The notes beneath the pieces were generated by a model. It was not told the DNA's origin and ran no database searches. It saw nothing but the letters and a program-made list of their open reading frames with translations. A stretch of 64,000 bases of DNA from assembly GCA_964016885.1 (NCBI GenBank), contig OZ024743.1, positions 328,476,001 through 328,540,000 on the forward strand. Direction: 5' to 3'. The translations under genes and the position numbers were made by a program. The DNA comes from Eledone cirrhosa. Taxonomy: Eukaryota. This document shows, in pieces, positions 17,108 to 37,397 of the stretch; position 1 is the stretch's first letter, and each line of letters begins with the position of its first letter.

Positions 17108-17429
17108 ATCACGGAATCATATCTTCCAGTACGGCCTTCTGTTGTCGTCTTAAATATATATTGTATAACTATACTTCATAGATCCTCCAGTTCAAATTTT
17201 GGTCGGGTCACCCTATCATCCTTCCAGTGTTGACAAAATAAACTACCAGTTTTCATCAAATATCTATATAATATCCTTCCATACCGGCTTCTTTTATTCT
17301 ATCATTTGTCAGACACTACTTTTAATATTATTTATTTTCATATTTTCCCTTACAAACAATTATATATATATATATATATATATAAATTAAAAATATTAAC
17401 AAAAATAGACATTCGTGTGATCAAGTATA

Positions 17430-17492
17430 TTTTATTATACATATTTCAGAGGTACTGAGCTATCTTCAACAGTACGTCCTCATCAGATAAAA
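17430..17492 (-). ncRNA. Type I hammerhead ribozyme (family H)
   Basis: Minus strand ttttat-CTGATGA-ggacgtactg..cagtacctct-GAAA-T-ATGT-A-TA-ataaaa. Confidence 0.75.
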
Positions 17493-18088
17493 TAAGATGA
17501 TGCATGACATACCCTGACATAGTAGATGGTTAAGATTCAGTCATGGTAGTGAATAAGATATGACAAAACTCAATATTTATATACCTTAAGATTGAGACAT
17601 GAAAATATTTTTACATATAATACAGAGGGTGCGTGTGAGAAAGCTTAAAAATACATAATAGTAATGTTAGATATTCAAATAATTTACATTATTGAAGAAA
17701 GAAGAAAGAAAGAAGAAAGACAGAGAGAAACAGATGAGGAAAAAATATAGTTACTAGAAGTATAGAAAACAAAAGAGAATTGATCAAAGATAGAGAGACA
17801 AGGAGGAACATTTTTGTATAGTATAAAGCATAAGGAGGGAGATTTGTATTGTCGTGGATGAATAGGGTGTGATTAGATGATGCAAAAATATCTATATCTA
17901 TATAAATATGAATATACATTTGGGCATAGCTTTGTGAAAGAGTAAACTCGAATCTTTGAATTATCTAGAAGTATCCATCAATCTAAATATTAAATATATC
18001 TGGGTGTAATAATATAAGGGTTTAATTTCGTAAAACTCATTCTTTGATTTATTCATTGACCTTTATATATATATATTTATTCATTAAC

Positions 18089-18170
<82 letters not shown>

Positions 18171-18254
18171 AAAGTAAAAAACAAAAACAATAACAAGGAG
18201 TGCAGTTACGAACAGTGTTGGTATTAGGTTCACGCTTGAGAGTGGGGGTGGGGG

Positions 18255-18287
18255 ACGACGTTTCAGGCATAAGCCCTTCATCAGGAG
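18255..18287 (-). ncRNA. Minimal PLE-type hammerhead motif
   Basis: Minus strand CTGATGA-a-gggc-ttat-gcct-GAAACGTC; stem I weak. Confidence 0.55.
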
Positions 18288-18406
18288 AAAGGTGGGAAGG
18301 AAAAGAGTTCCGAGAGGGTGTGAGGGGGGTGGGGGTGGGGGTGGAAAGACATTAAAATAAAAGGAAAAAAATTAAAATGAAAACAAGAGGTGAAAGAGTG
18401 TGAGGC

Positions 18407-18468
<62 letters not shown>

Positions 18469-18475
18469 ATATATT

Positions 18476-18520
<45 letters not shown>

Positions 18521-18527
18521 ATATATT

Positions 18528-18560
<33 letters not shown>

Positions 18561-18589
18561 ATATTTATATATATGTATATATATATGTA

Positions 18590-18620
<31 letters not shown>

Positions 18621-18674
18621 GAGTGTGTTTGTGTGTGTGTATATTATGTATATATATTTGTTTAATTATATTAG

Positions 18675-18881
18675 TATAAAGAAAGTGTCCAAGCACAGAA
18701 ACGCTATAAAATAGCTTATAAAATAGGGTGAAGACCCTTAAAAGACGGAAAAAGAAGTTGCCATTGACTGCTATGAGGAATTGAACCCCATATTTTCCAG
18801 ATATCTTCTAGCCGGTATCTGGAAAATATGGGGTTCAATTCCCCTTAGGGGTTGTTCAGCATTTCTGCGCTTTCTTTATAC
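18675..18881. repeat. Small fold-back element
   Basis: GGAATTGAACCCCATATTTTCCAGATA and its inverse at 18777-18842; outer GTATAAAGAAAG/CTTTCTTTATAC. Confidence 0.7.
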
Positions 18882-19038
18882 TTATATAATTACATATATT
18901 CTTAGCGCTTCAAAAGCCGGAAATTCGGGTTCGTACATTGTTTTTATATATCATGAATGGACCTGTTATTTTAATTTAAAGACATTTTTTCCAATTCCAA
19001 CCCGCCCGTCCCTTCAATCTATCTTATTTCTCATTCTT

Positions 19039-19074
19039 TCTTCTGATGAAGGACTAGCATCCGAAACGTTAAGA
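19039..19074 (+). ncRNA. Minimal PLE-type hammerhead ribozyme
   Basis: tctt-CTGATGA-a-gga-ctagca-tcc-GAAA-CG-TT-aaga; palindromic AACGTT stem III. Confidence 0.7.
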
Positions 19075-19152
19075 CCCTCTTCCTACTATTTCAAGTATTA
19101 ACCTAATATATTCCTTCCATATACTGTATCGATTGTGTTGTTATTTCTGTTT

Positions 19153-19391
19153 ACAGAGGAGGCTGAGGTTAGCTGGACCTGCTCACCGACATCCAGAGTT
19201 GACACTGCACTCAGTGCTTCTGTGAGAGCCCCTACATGGAAACACTGGAAGAGGAAGACCAAGGTTAGCATATGTTGCTTCCCTAAGGACAGACACTGGT
19301 CTCTTGGAGACGCAGGACATGGCAGCGATAATGAGGGACAGAGACCGCTGGAGAGAACTCGTCCATGGATCTCTGGAATTTTACCCGCCCT

Positions 19392-19393
<2 letters not shown>
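19153..19393 (+). pseudogene. RTE-like LINE 3' end, same family as 15845-16297
   Basis: Homologous to the reverse complement of 15845-16085 (ccctaaggacagacactggtctcttggagacgcaggacatggcagcgataatgagg). Confidence 0.8.
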
Positions 19394-19431
<38 letters not shown>

Positions 19432-19492
19432 AACTAAATATGGTTTTATAAAAAATATGGTTTTATAAATATAGTTTCCATTTATTCAATAT

Positions 19493-19523
<31 letters not shown>

Positions 19524-21323
19524 CTCGATCTCATGTACAAGTCGACCCTAGTATGCTTAATTTTTAATTTGTTCTTTTTCTTAATTTTTTATTCTTTCTC
19601 TAGGACTTCTGATATTTTCTTTGAAAGCAAAGTTTTTGTATTGGTCCCTAAAGTACCACCGTGAGTCATCGAGGGCCCCACTTGCCATCAGGGAAGCTGA
19701 CGACCTGACCAGTCCGCCACTGCATGCACGCACACACACGCACACACACACACACGCGCGCTCACACACACACACACGCACACACACACACACACACATA
19801 TATATAATTAATAAATGAAACAAAACAATACAGGAAGCAAAATTACACAGTTATATTAGGTTCCCGTTTGGAGGAAGTGGGGGAGAGTTCATTGTTTTGA
19901 ACAGAAGACGTATTAGTAGTATGAGAAGGTTAGGATAGGAAGTTAAGAAAAAGGAAGTTGGGAGTTGGGAGGAGAAAGATAGGTGTGGGAGGTGGGTGAA
20001 AGATCCGGCGGGGGGGGGGGGGCAGAGTGGAAGGTACGGGGTGTGTGATTGTGGTTGTGTGTATGTGTGTGTGCCGAAGGGGAGAAAGTGGTAGATGTGC
20101 GTGACTTCAGTCTATGTGTGTGTGTGCAACCACAATCGATCTCCATAAATAATAACTTAGACAATTGGGTAAAACACCCCCATAGACGCCAAAAAGTGGC
20201 CAACATCCGCTATGAAGAATATATAGAGTCTAGACAAGTATAGCTAACCATAACTTTATTCCCATTGAAGAGGTCTTTAATATGTTTGTATAGTCGGTTA
20301 GTTGTGTCCGTAAATAAATGATTTGACAGACAAGAGATCGATAGAATATATGCCAATCGGTATGATTGACTAAACGAAGGCGGTGCTCCAGCATGGCAGC
20401 AGCGTACTGACTGAAACAAATAAAAAGAATAAAAGAATGCATTTGTATTGATAAGTGTTGTGTGTGAGTGTTTGCATTTGTGTTTGTGTGTGTGTCTGAG
20501 AGAAAGAGAGAGAGAGAAAGAGAGAGCGAGAAAGAGAGAGCGAGAGAGAGAGAGAGAGTGAGAGAGAGAGAAGGGGGGAGAGAGAGGGGGAGTGAGAGAG
20601 AGAGAGAAGGGGAGAGATAGAGGGGGAGTGAGAGAGAACTTTCAAGGCCTAGAGACAGTGCAATGAAAGAGGAATGTAGCAGGGAACGCTGGTTTGAACA
20701 ATCAGAATACAGGACAACAATAGTTGACAAACGTCCACAGAACAGAAGTTGCAGCCGACAGTCATCAGTGAGGGAGAGAGAGAGGGAGAGATAGAGAGAG
20801 GGGGGAGAGATGGAAATAAAGAGGGAAAGATAGGGGGAGAGGGAAAGAGAGGGGGAGAGATAGAGAGAGGGGAGAGATGGATATAAAGGAGGAAAGGTAG
20901 TGGGAGAGGGGGGGGGGAAGAGAGGGGAGGGATGGAAATAAAGAGGGAAAGAAAGGGAGAGAGGGGGAGAGGGAAATAAAGAGGGAGAGAGGGAGAGAGG
21001 AGAGAAGGAGAGAGAACTGGAAATTGAGAGGAAGAGAGGGAGACAGAGAGATGGAAATAAAGAAGGAGGGAGAGAGAACTGGAAATAGAGAGGGAGAGTG
21101 AGAGAGAAAAGAGGGAGGCAGAGAGAGGACTGGAAATAGGAACAGAGAGAGAGAGAGAGAAAAAGAAAAAGAGATAAAGCTAGAGAGAACAAAGAAGAGA
21201 TAGAGATGGAAAGATGGAAACATAGATGAGGTTAGAGAGAACAAGGGAAAGAGGGGTGTAAAGTAGATAGAGCACGAGAATGAGAGAGTAAGAGGGAGAG
21301 AGAGAGAGAGAGAGAGAGAGGGT

Positions 21324-21370
<47 letters not shown>

Positions 21371-21372
<2 letters not shown>

Positions 21373-21588
21373 TGTGTGTGTGTATGTGATTATGTGCTTG
21401 TGTTTATGTTATATATATATATATATACACATATATATATATATATACACTGGAATTGAATAATCAAAACCGTAGCGGTATGTCACATATCAAATCCTAT
21501 ATTTTGTCTGATGAAAACGTACTTAAACACCATTGTACCTTTGAAATGTATATGAGAAGATTTTTCATTTATTAACATTTTGAATAAT
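21371..21588 (+). mobile_element. Family H-like fragment with hammerhead motif; inverted partner at 23775-24008
   Basis: ttttgt-CTGATGA-aaacgtac..gtaccttt-GAAA-TGTATA. Confidence 0.65.
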
Positions 21589-21797
21589 ATATATATATAT
21601 ATATATATATTTATTAAAATAACAGATTAAAGTTTAAGCAAAGAATCGCTGCTTTCACCCTTAACGGGATCTTCTGAAACTAACAAAGTCAATCTGTAAA
21701 CGCAGAAGTGGATATTTCAAAAAACGTTGCAACCGGAGGAAGACAGAAAGACGATATCGAGCCCTCTTTGGATTTTAGTCTTCAAATTTATTATTAT

Positions 21798-21852
<55 letters not shown>

Positions 21853-21855
<3 letters not shown>

Positions 21856-22557
21856 TTTCTAAATTTGTTTAGCAAGATTCTTTATCTGAAAACGTGTGTT
21901 GAAACCGATATTGTTATACTTTGGGAGGGTCATGTTGCCAATAAGAAACACACACACCAGTTGCTTTCACTTCAATTTATTATAAATTAAATTTATAAAT
22001 TTCCGGTTGGTTGGTTGGTTCCACAACCAGACGATTGTTCATATATTGTCAAAGTTCTTTCGTCACACATTCTGTGACCTCTTCAGTGACAGGAGATTCT
22101 TTTCTTTGTTTTTGTGCCTCTCCTTTGTTCTGTCCTACGCCATCTTGTTTTTGTGTGTGTTGTGTGCTTAGTTTGCGCATGTGTTACATCCGGGTGTCTG
22201 TGTGTGTTTATATTGTTTATTTATTTGTTTATTTACATGTTACTGGTTGGTTGTAACAGGCACCTGGATGTAACACATGCGCAAACTAAGCACACAATAC
22301 ACACAAAAACAAGATGGCGTAGGACAGAACAAAGGAGAGGCACAAAAACAAAGGAAAGAATCCCCAGTCACTGAAGCGGTCACAGAATGTGTGTCCAAAG
22401 AACTTTGACAATATATGAACAATCGTCTGGTTGTGGAACCAACCAACCAATCGGAAATTTATAAATTCTTAAATTTATAAATTTAATTTATAATAAATTG
22501 AAGTGAAAGCAACTGGTGCGTGTGTTTCTTATTGGCAACATGACCCTCCCAAAGTAT

Positions 22558-22562
<5 letters not shown>
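21853..22562. mobile_element. Fold-back family C, second copy
   Basis: Inverted around about 22250; intact hammerhead motif at 22048-22090 (-), mutated one at 22367-22409 (+). Confidence 0.85.
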
Positions 22563-22588
<26 letters not shown>

Positions 22589-22592
<4 letters not shown>

Positions 22593-22957
22593 TAAGAGGA
22601 ATTCCAACTTTGTCTGATTTACTCGTTTTATTTACAATTCTTTAAAATTTATTGTTAAGTGTTAATTGAACAAGTACTTTCATGCTTTCGCAATCTTCAG
22701 GTTCATAATGTGTGGTGACAGTCAAGTTTGCAATTTTCAACTGTTGAAAATTGCAAACTTGACTGTAACCACACATTATGAACATGAAGATTGCGAAAGC
22801 ATGAAAGTACTTGTTCAATTAACACTTAACATTTAATATTCTATCATACTATCATTTCCTTATAATACCATTATAAATTTTAAAGGATTGTAAATAAAAC
22901 GAGTAAATCAGACAAAGTTGGAATTCCTCTTATTAATATAATCTTCTATACACAATC
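22589..22957. mobile_element. Fold-back element family K
   Basis: Palindrome centred at about 22742 (ttttcaactgttgaaaa); about 40-bp indel in the right arm. Confidence 0.85.
22667..22705 (-). ncRNA. Hammerhead ribozyme (family K)
   Basis: Minus strand tgaac-CTGAAGA-t-tgc-GAAA-gca-t-GAAA-G-TA-C-TT-gttca; the right-arm copy at 22779-22817 has C3A. Confidence 0.7.
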
Positions 22958-22970
22958 ATACACACCCGTG

Positions 22971-23725
<755 letters not shown>

Positions 23726-23774
23726 ATACTTTGGGAGGGTCAGAAACGAAATATATATATATATATATATATAT

Positions 23775-23926
23775 ATTATTCAAAATGTTAATATATGAAA
23801 AATATTCTCATAATCAAAATATATATTTTATTATACATATTTCAAAGGTACAATGGTGTTTTCATCAGACAAAATATATGATTTGATATGTGACATACCG
23901 CTACGGTTTTGATTATTCAATTCCAG

Positions 23927-23974
<48 letters not shown>

Positions 23975-24008
23975 ACATAAACACACGCACATAATCACAT
24001 ACACACAT
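23775..24008 (-). mobile_element. Family H-like fragment, inverted partner of 21371-21588
   Basis: Minus strand ttttgt-CTGATGA-aaacaccattgtaccttt-GAAA-TATGTA-TA-ataaaa. Confidence 0.65.
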
Positions 24009-24026
24009 AATCACATACACACATAA

Positions 24027-24121
<95 letters not shown>

Positions 24122-24268
24122 GGGTTGACGGCTGAGAGAAAGAAGTACTCAATACCGAAATATAGTTTTAATATTCCTTTATATTAAGGCTAAAAATTGA
24201 GTTTTGTTACTCTGGCGTTTCGCCTGTTTATCACAGGGTCACCAGACTATCTATATATATTTATTTAT

Positions 24269-25161
24269 TACTAACAGTGGTATCCGGCGTTGCACGAGAT
24301 AAGGTATTTTGGAACGCGGGCCGCCAACAGACCTAATCGTGGAAAAACTGCATGCCTGGACAATATATAAAGAACATAAACCGAATACTCTGATGGCTGG
24401 ATAATCTTTAAGATTTTCATCGATGAAGCAGGAAAAATGCAGGTTTTCACTTAATGCGGGCCCTAGGGGATCAAGAAAATAATTTTTTTTTTATGTGCAT
24501 AGTATGTCTTGAAATTTCGGGAAAATCGGTTACACTAAAAAGTTGAAAAAATGAAGTTTTTCACCTAGACCATAAAAAAGTTGGATTTTCTTTCCTCACG
24601 GTATGAAGAAGAGACTGACTTAGTTACAATTTCAAGGAAATCGGTCTGACATAACACCTCAAAAAACCCCTAAAAAGCTTAAAAAACGCAGTATTTCACC
24701 TAATGCGGGCGCTAGGAGATCAAAAAGTTGAATTTTTATGTGCATAACACTCCCTGAAACATAAGTAATACACATATAAAGTTTGAAAAAATTCGGTTGG
24801 GTACTTCTCGAGTTTTAGGGATTCAAACTCACAGACACACACAGACACACACACAGACAGACATTCTCAGGGAAGCGATATAATGCAGACAGTCAGACAT
24901 ACATACAGATATTATAAGGGCGCGACGTTATATGTATATATCGAAAAAGAGAAAGACTAAGAATTATAGAGAGAGATCGTTAAATCACCTAATGCGGTCC
25001 CTACGACATTGAAAATTTGAATTTTTTTTTGCTCAGAACACTCCCTGAAACATAAGTATTACATGTGTAAAGTTTGAAAACAGTCGGTTGGGTGCTTCTC
25101 TAGTTTTAAGGATTCAAACTCACACACACACAGACAGATATCCTCAGTTTTATATATATAG
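24269..25161 (-). mobile_element. Non-autonomous Helitron-like element
   Basis: Minus strand starts TCTATATATATAAAACTGAGGATATCTGTCTGTG and ends CTCGTGCAACGCCGGA..GTTAG; internal direct repeat about 24695-24870 / 24985-25150. Confidence 0.65.
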
Positions 25162-25309
25162 ATAAGAACAGATTAAAGTTTAAGGAAAGAATCGCTGTTT
25201 TCACCCTTAACGGGATCAATCCTTATCGAGCCCTCTTCGGATTTTAGTCTACACATTTATTATTACTATATATATACATATAACATCTCTGTCTGACGAC
25301 CGATCCAGG

Positions 25310-25430
25310 CATGAGTTCAAATCCCGCTGAGGTTAATTTTGCCTTTCATCCTTACGGGGTCGATAAAATAAAGTACCAGTAATACATTGGGATAATTGCT
25401 GGCCTTGTGCCAAAAGTAGAAAGAATTATT
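25310..25430 (+). mobile_element. tRNA-derived SINE fragment
   Basis: GAGTTCAAATCCCGCTGAGGTTAATTTTGCCTTTCATCCTTACGGGGTCGATAAAATAAAGTACCAGT. Confidence 0.75.
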
Positions 25431-25558
25431 ATTGTCTGGGATCCAGAAACCTTTGGTAATGGAGTAGTTATATTTTACTACCTTATTACCAGTAAGTTAA
25501 GTAGCTCAATGTAAAAACATCAGATGATTTACAGAGCAGTTATATGAATATATATATA

Positions 25559-25590
<32 letters not shown>

Positions 25591-25594
25591 CATA

Positions 25595-26218
<624 letters not shown>

Positions 26219-26759
26219 GGAGAGAGAGAGAGAGAGACAGTGAGAGAAGGATAGAGATATATATAGAGAGAGGGGATGGAAGCGGATAAGTTAGAAAGAA
26301 CAAGAGGTATGTGAGTGAGAATAAGAGAGGGGGAGTGTGTGTGTTAGTGTTGTATGAGAGAGATAGAGAGAGTGAGAGAGTGTGAGAGAGAGAGGGTGAG
26401 GGAGAGAGGGAGAGGGTGAGAGATAGAGGGAGAGGGAGTGAGAGAGTAAGAGAGGGAGAGAGAGGTGTCACGACAATTAAATAGTCGACAATTTAAACCT
26501 CCATTACAGTGTTAACGATATTGGGGTGTGGTGGGGGTTAATGGTGTCGGGTGGCAGCGGGTGGTGGTGGTGGGCGTGGTGGTGGTGGTGGTGGTGGTGG
26601 TGGTGGTGATAGTAGTGGTGGTGGTGGTGGTAGTAGTGGTGGTGTTGGCGGTGGTGGTGGTGATGTTGGTGTTGGTGGTGGTGGTGGTGTTGGTGTTGGT
26701 GGTGATGGTGGTGGTGATGGTGGTGTTGGTGGTGGTGGTGATGGTGGTAGTGGTGATGG

Positions 26760-34560
<7,801 letters not shown>

Positions 34561-36321
34561 GTGGTTGTGGTGTTGGTGTGGTGGTGGTGGTGGTGGCGGT
34601 TGTGGTGGTGGTGGTGGTGGTGGTGGTGTGGCGGTGGCGGTGGCGGTGGTGGTGGTGGTCGTGGTGGTGGTATTGGTGTGGTGGTGGTGGTAGTGGTGGT
34701 GGTGGTAGTGGTGGTGGTGGTAGTGGTGGTGGTGGTAGTGGTGGTGGTGGTGCTGGTGTGGTGGTGGTGGTGGTGGCGGTTGTGGTGGTGGTGGTGGTGG
34801 TGGTCGTGGTGGTGGTAGTGGTGTGGTGGTGGTGGTAGTGGTGGTGGTGGTGTTGTGGTGGTGGTGGTGGTAGTGGTGGTGGTGTGGCGGTGGCGGTGGC
34901 GGTGGTGGTGGTGGTGGTGTTGGTGGTGGTGGTGGTGGTAGTGGTGGTGGTGGTGGTTGTGGTGTTGGTGGTGGTGGTAGTGGTGGTGGTGGTGGTGGTG
35001 GTGGTGGTGGTGGTGGTGTTGGTGGTGGTGGTGGTGGTAGTGGTGGTGGTGGTGGTTGTGGTGTTGGTGGTGGTGGTGGTGGTGTTGGTGGTGTTGGTGG
35101 TGGTGGTGGTGGTGGTGGTGGTGGTGGTGGTGTTGGTGGTGTTGGTGGTGGTGGTGTGGTGGTGGTGGTGGCGGTGGTGGTGGTGGTGTTGGTGGTGTTG
35201 GTGGTGGTGGTGGTGGTGGTAGTGGTGGTGGTGGTGGTGGTGGTGATGTTGGTGTGGTGGTGGTGGTGGTGGTGGTAGTGGTGGTGGTGGTGGTGGTGGT
35301 GATGTTGGTGTGGTGGTGGTGGTGGTGGTGGTAGTGGTGGTGATGTTGGTGTGGTGGTGGTGGTGGTAGTGGTGGTGGTGGTGGTGGTGGTGGTGTGGTG
35401 GTGGTGGTGGTGTGTTAGTGTGTCATTGTTTAAAATGAGACAATACATATAAATACGTTATGGTTGTCGATATTGTGTGAATAATATTTTGGTGAAGTTT
35501 CATTAACGATTCATCACCTCCCCACCCTCTCCTCCTTGCACTACCCTCCCCCACCCTCTCCTCCTTGCACCGCCCCCTCCCACACACTCTTTTTCTTGAC
35601 CCACCACCCACAAACTATTTCGGAAGCTTTATCAATGTTTGCCCGTCACCACCCCCACGCTACCATCACCCCCACATCCTTCACCACAGCCACCAACTTA
35701 CACCACGCTCCCCCCCGCTCCCCCACCGCCATCACCCCATCCTATACCGTCACCACCACCACCACCACCATCACCACAACCGCCGCCACCACCACCACCA
35801 CCACCACCACCATCATAACAACCACCATCACCACACCACTACCACCACCACCACCACTACCACCACCAATATAAAAAACACTCACTGAATCAGACAACTG
35901 GCCGAAATTTAGGAGACAAAGGTTCGAATCCATGTCCAGTTCCTTCTTTCTTTCTTTCTTTCTTTCTTTCCTTCTTTCTTTCGTTCTCTCCTTTCTTTTT
36001 TTCTTTCTTTCTTTCTTTCTTTCTTTCTTTCCGTCTGTCTCTCTTTCTTTCTTTTATTTATCTATTTATTGTCTTCTTTTATTCCCTGTTAATTGAATCC
36101 CACTAAATATTAATTAAAAGGTCAACAACCTCCCTTTGAAACCAAACAATTATTTTTATAACACATTATAGCAACAACAGTGATTTAGGTTTTAGTTGTA
36201 AAGTAACTCTCCCCCGTCCCTTACAACAGCGGCTTGGGAGAGAGTTCTAGTAATGTAATGGGTCTTTTATTGTGGCTGTTTTATTGGGGTTGAATAAGGA
36301 GGAGTTAGATGCTATAGACCA

Positions 36322-36762
36322 TCTAGGGTGGGAGTTAGACAACATACAGGGTGGGAATTAGACAACATCTAGGGTGGGAGTTAGACACGATAGATCAACA
36401 TCTGGGGTGGGAGTTAGATAACATCTAGGGTGGGAGTTAGACACGATAGATCAACATCCAGGGGGGGGGGGAAGTTAGACAACATCCAGGGTGGGAGTTA
36501 GACAATATACAGGGTGGGAGTTAGACAACATCCAGGGGGGAAGTTAGACAACATCCAGGGTGGGAGTTAGACAACATACAGGGTGGGAGTTAGACAACAT
36601 ACAGGGTGGGAGTTAGACAACATACAGGGTGGGAGTTAGACAACATACAGGGTGGGAGTTAGACAACATCCAGGGTAGGAGTTATACACTATAGACCAAC
36701 ATCCAGGGTGGGAGTTAGACATGATAGACCAACATCCAGGGTGGGAGTTAGACATGATAGAC
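36322..36762. repeat. ~23-bp minisatellite AGGGTGGGAGTTAGACAACATMC
   Basis: Tandem copies visible. Confidence 0.9.
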
Positions 36763-37397
36763 CAGTGGTTCTCAAAGTGGGTTCTGCAAAAGAGTGTCTA
36801 GGGTTCTGTCAAAAAAGGTAGAGGAGTATATTTATATTACGACCATATAGGAGTAGTAAACTTTGGGGTTCCCCCAAAGTTTCTGAATCGAAAGGGTTCC
36901 ACGTTTGAAAAGGTTTGTGAAACCCTACTATAGACCAACATCCAGAACTGGGAAAGACAGAGATCCCTGGAAAAAAGAATGCCCAAGTACTGTGTAAGGA
37001 TTTAAAGAAGGGGACCTTCTGGCATGGAGAAGCAGGAACAGGCTGTAGATTCGCTCACCACAGACACCATGTTAGCTGCACCCAAACTTCTTATCCCAAA
37101 TACTCCAACCAAAACTAGTAGGGGCATATAACAGAGGAAATATACTGATGTTACACGTACCACCCCGATAAAAGGGGGCAGTATGTAGATGTAGTGAAGA
37201 CTGTAACGGTGGAGCAATAATCTTTTTATAGCAGAAGAGATTACGAAACAGAGTCAGCTACATCAGCTACATCAGATACAAAGCCAAAGTCATTCACACC
37301 AGCATTGAACACCACCAGAAATAAAGGACACAGAGTTGCCACCCCTGCCACCCACATAAATATTGTATCAGCAGTAGAGGACATTAAGAATTAATTG

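Larger units (their letters stand above)
16469..17360. mobile_element. Fold-back element family G with a MITE remnant in its centre
   Basis: 16469-16700 is inverted relative to 16945-17160; right-only tail 17160-17360. Confidence 0.8.

Noticed and set aside
24205-24250. Degenerate hammerhead-like strings (also about 2108-2140, 21640-21680 and 62436-62485)
   Set aside because: Core or stem I mismatches; possibly decayed copies but not supportable individually
35900-35940. tRNA gene (GGTTCGAATCC B-box)
   Set aside because: No cloverleaf; probably a SINE-head remnant
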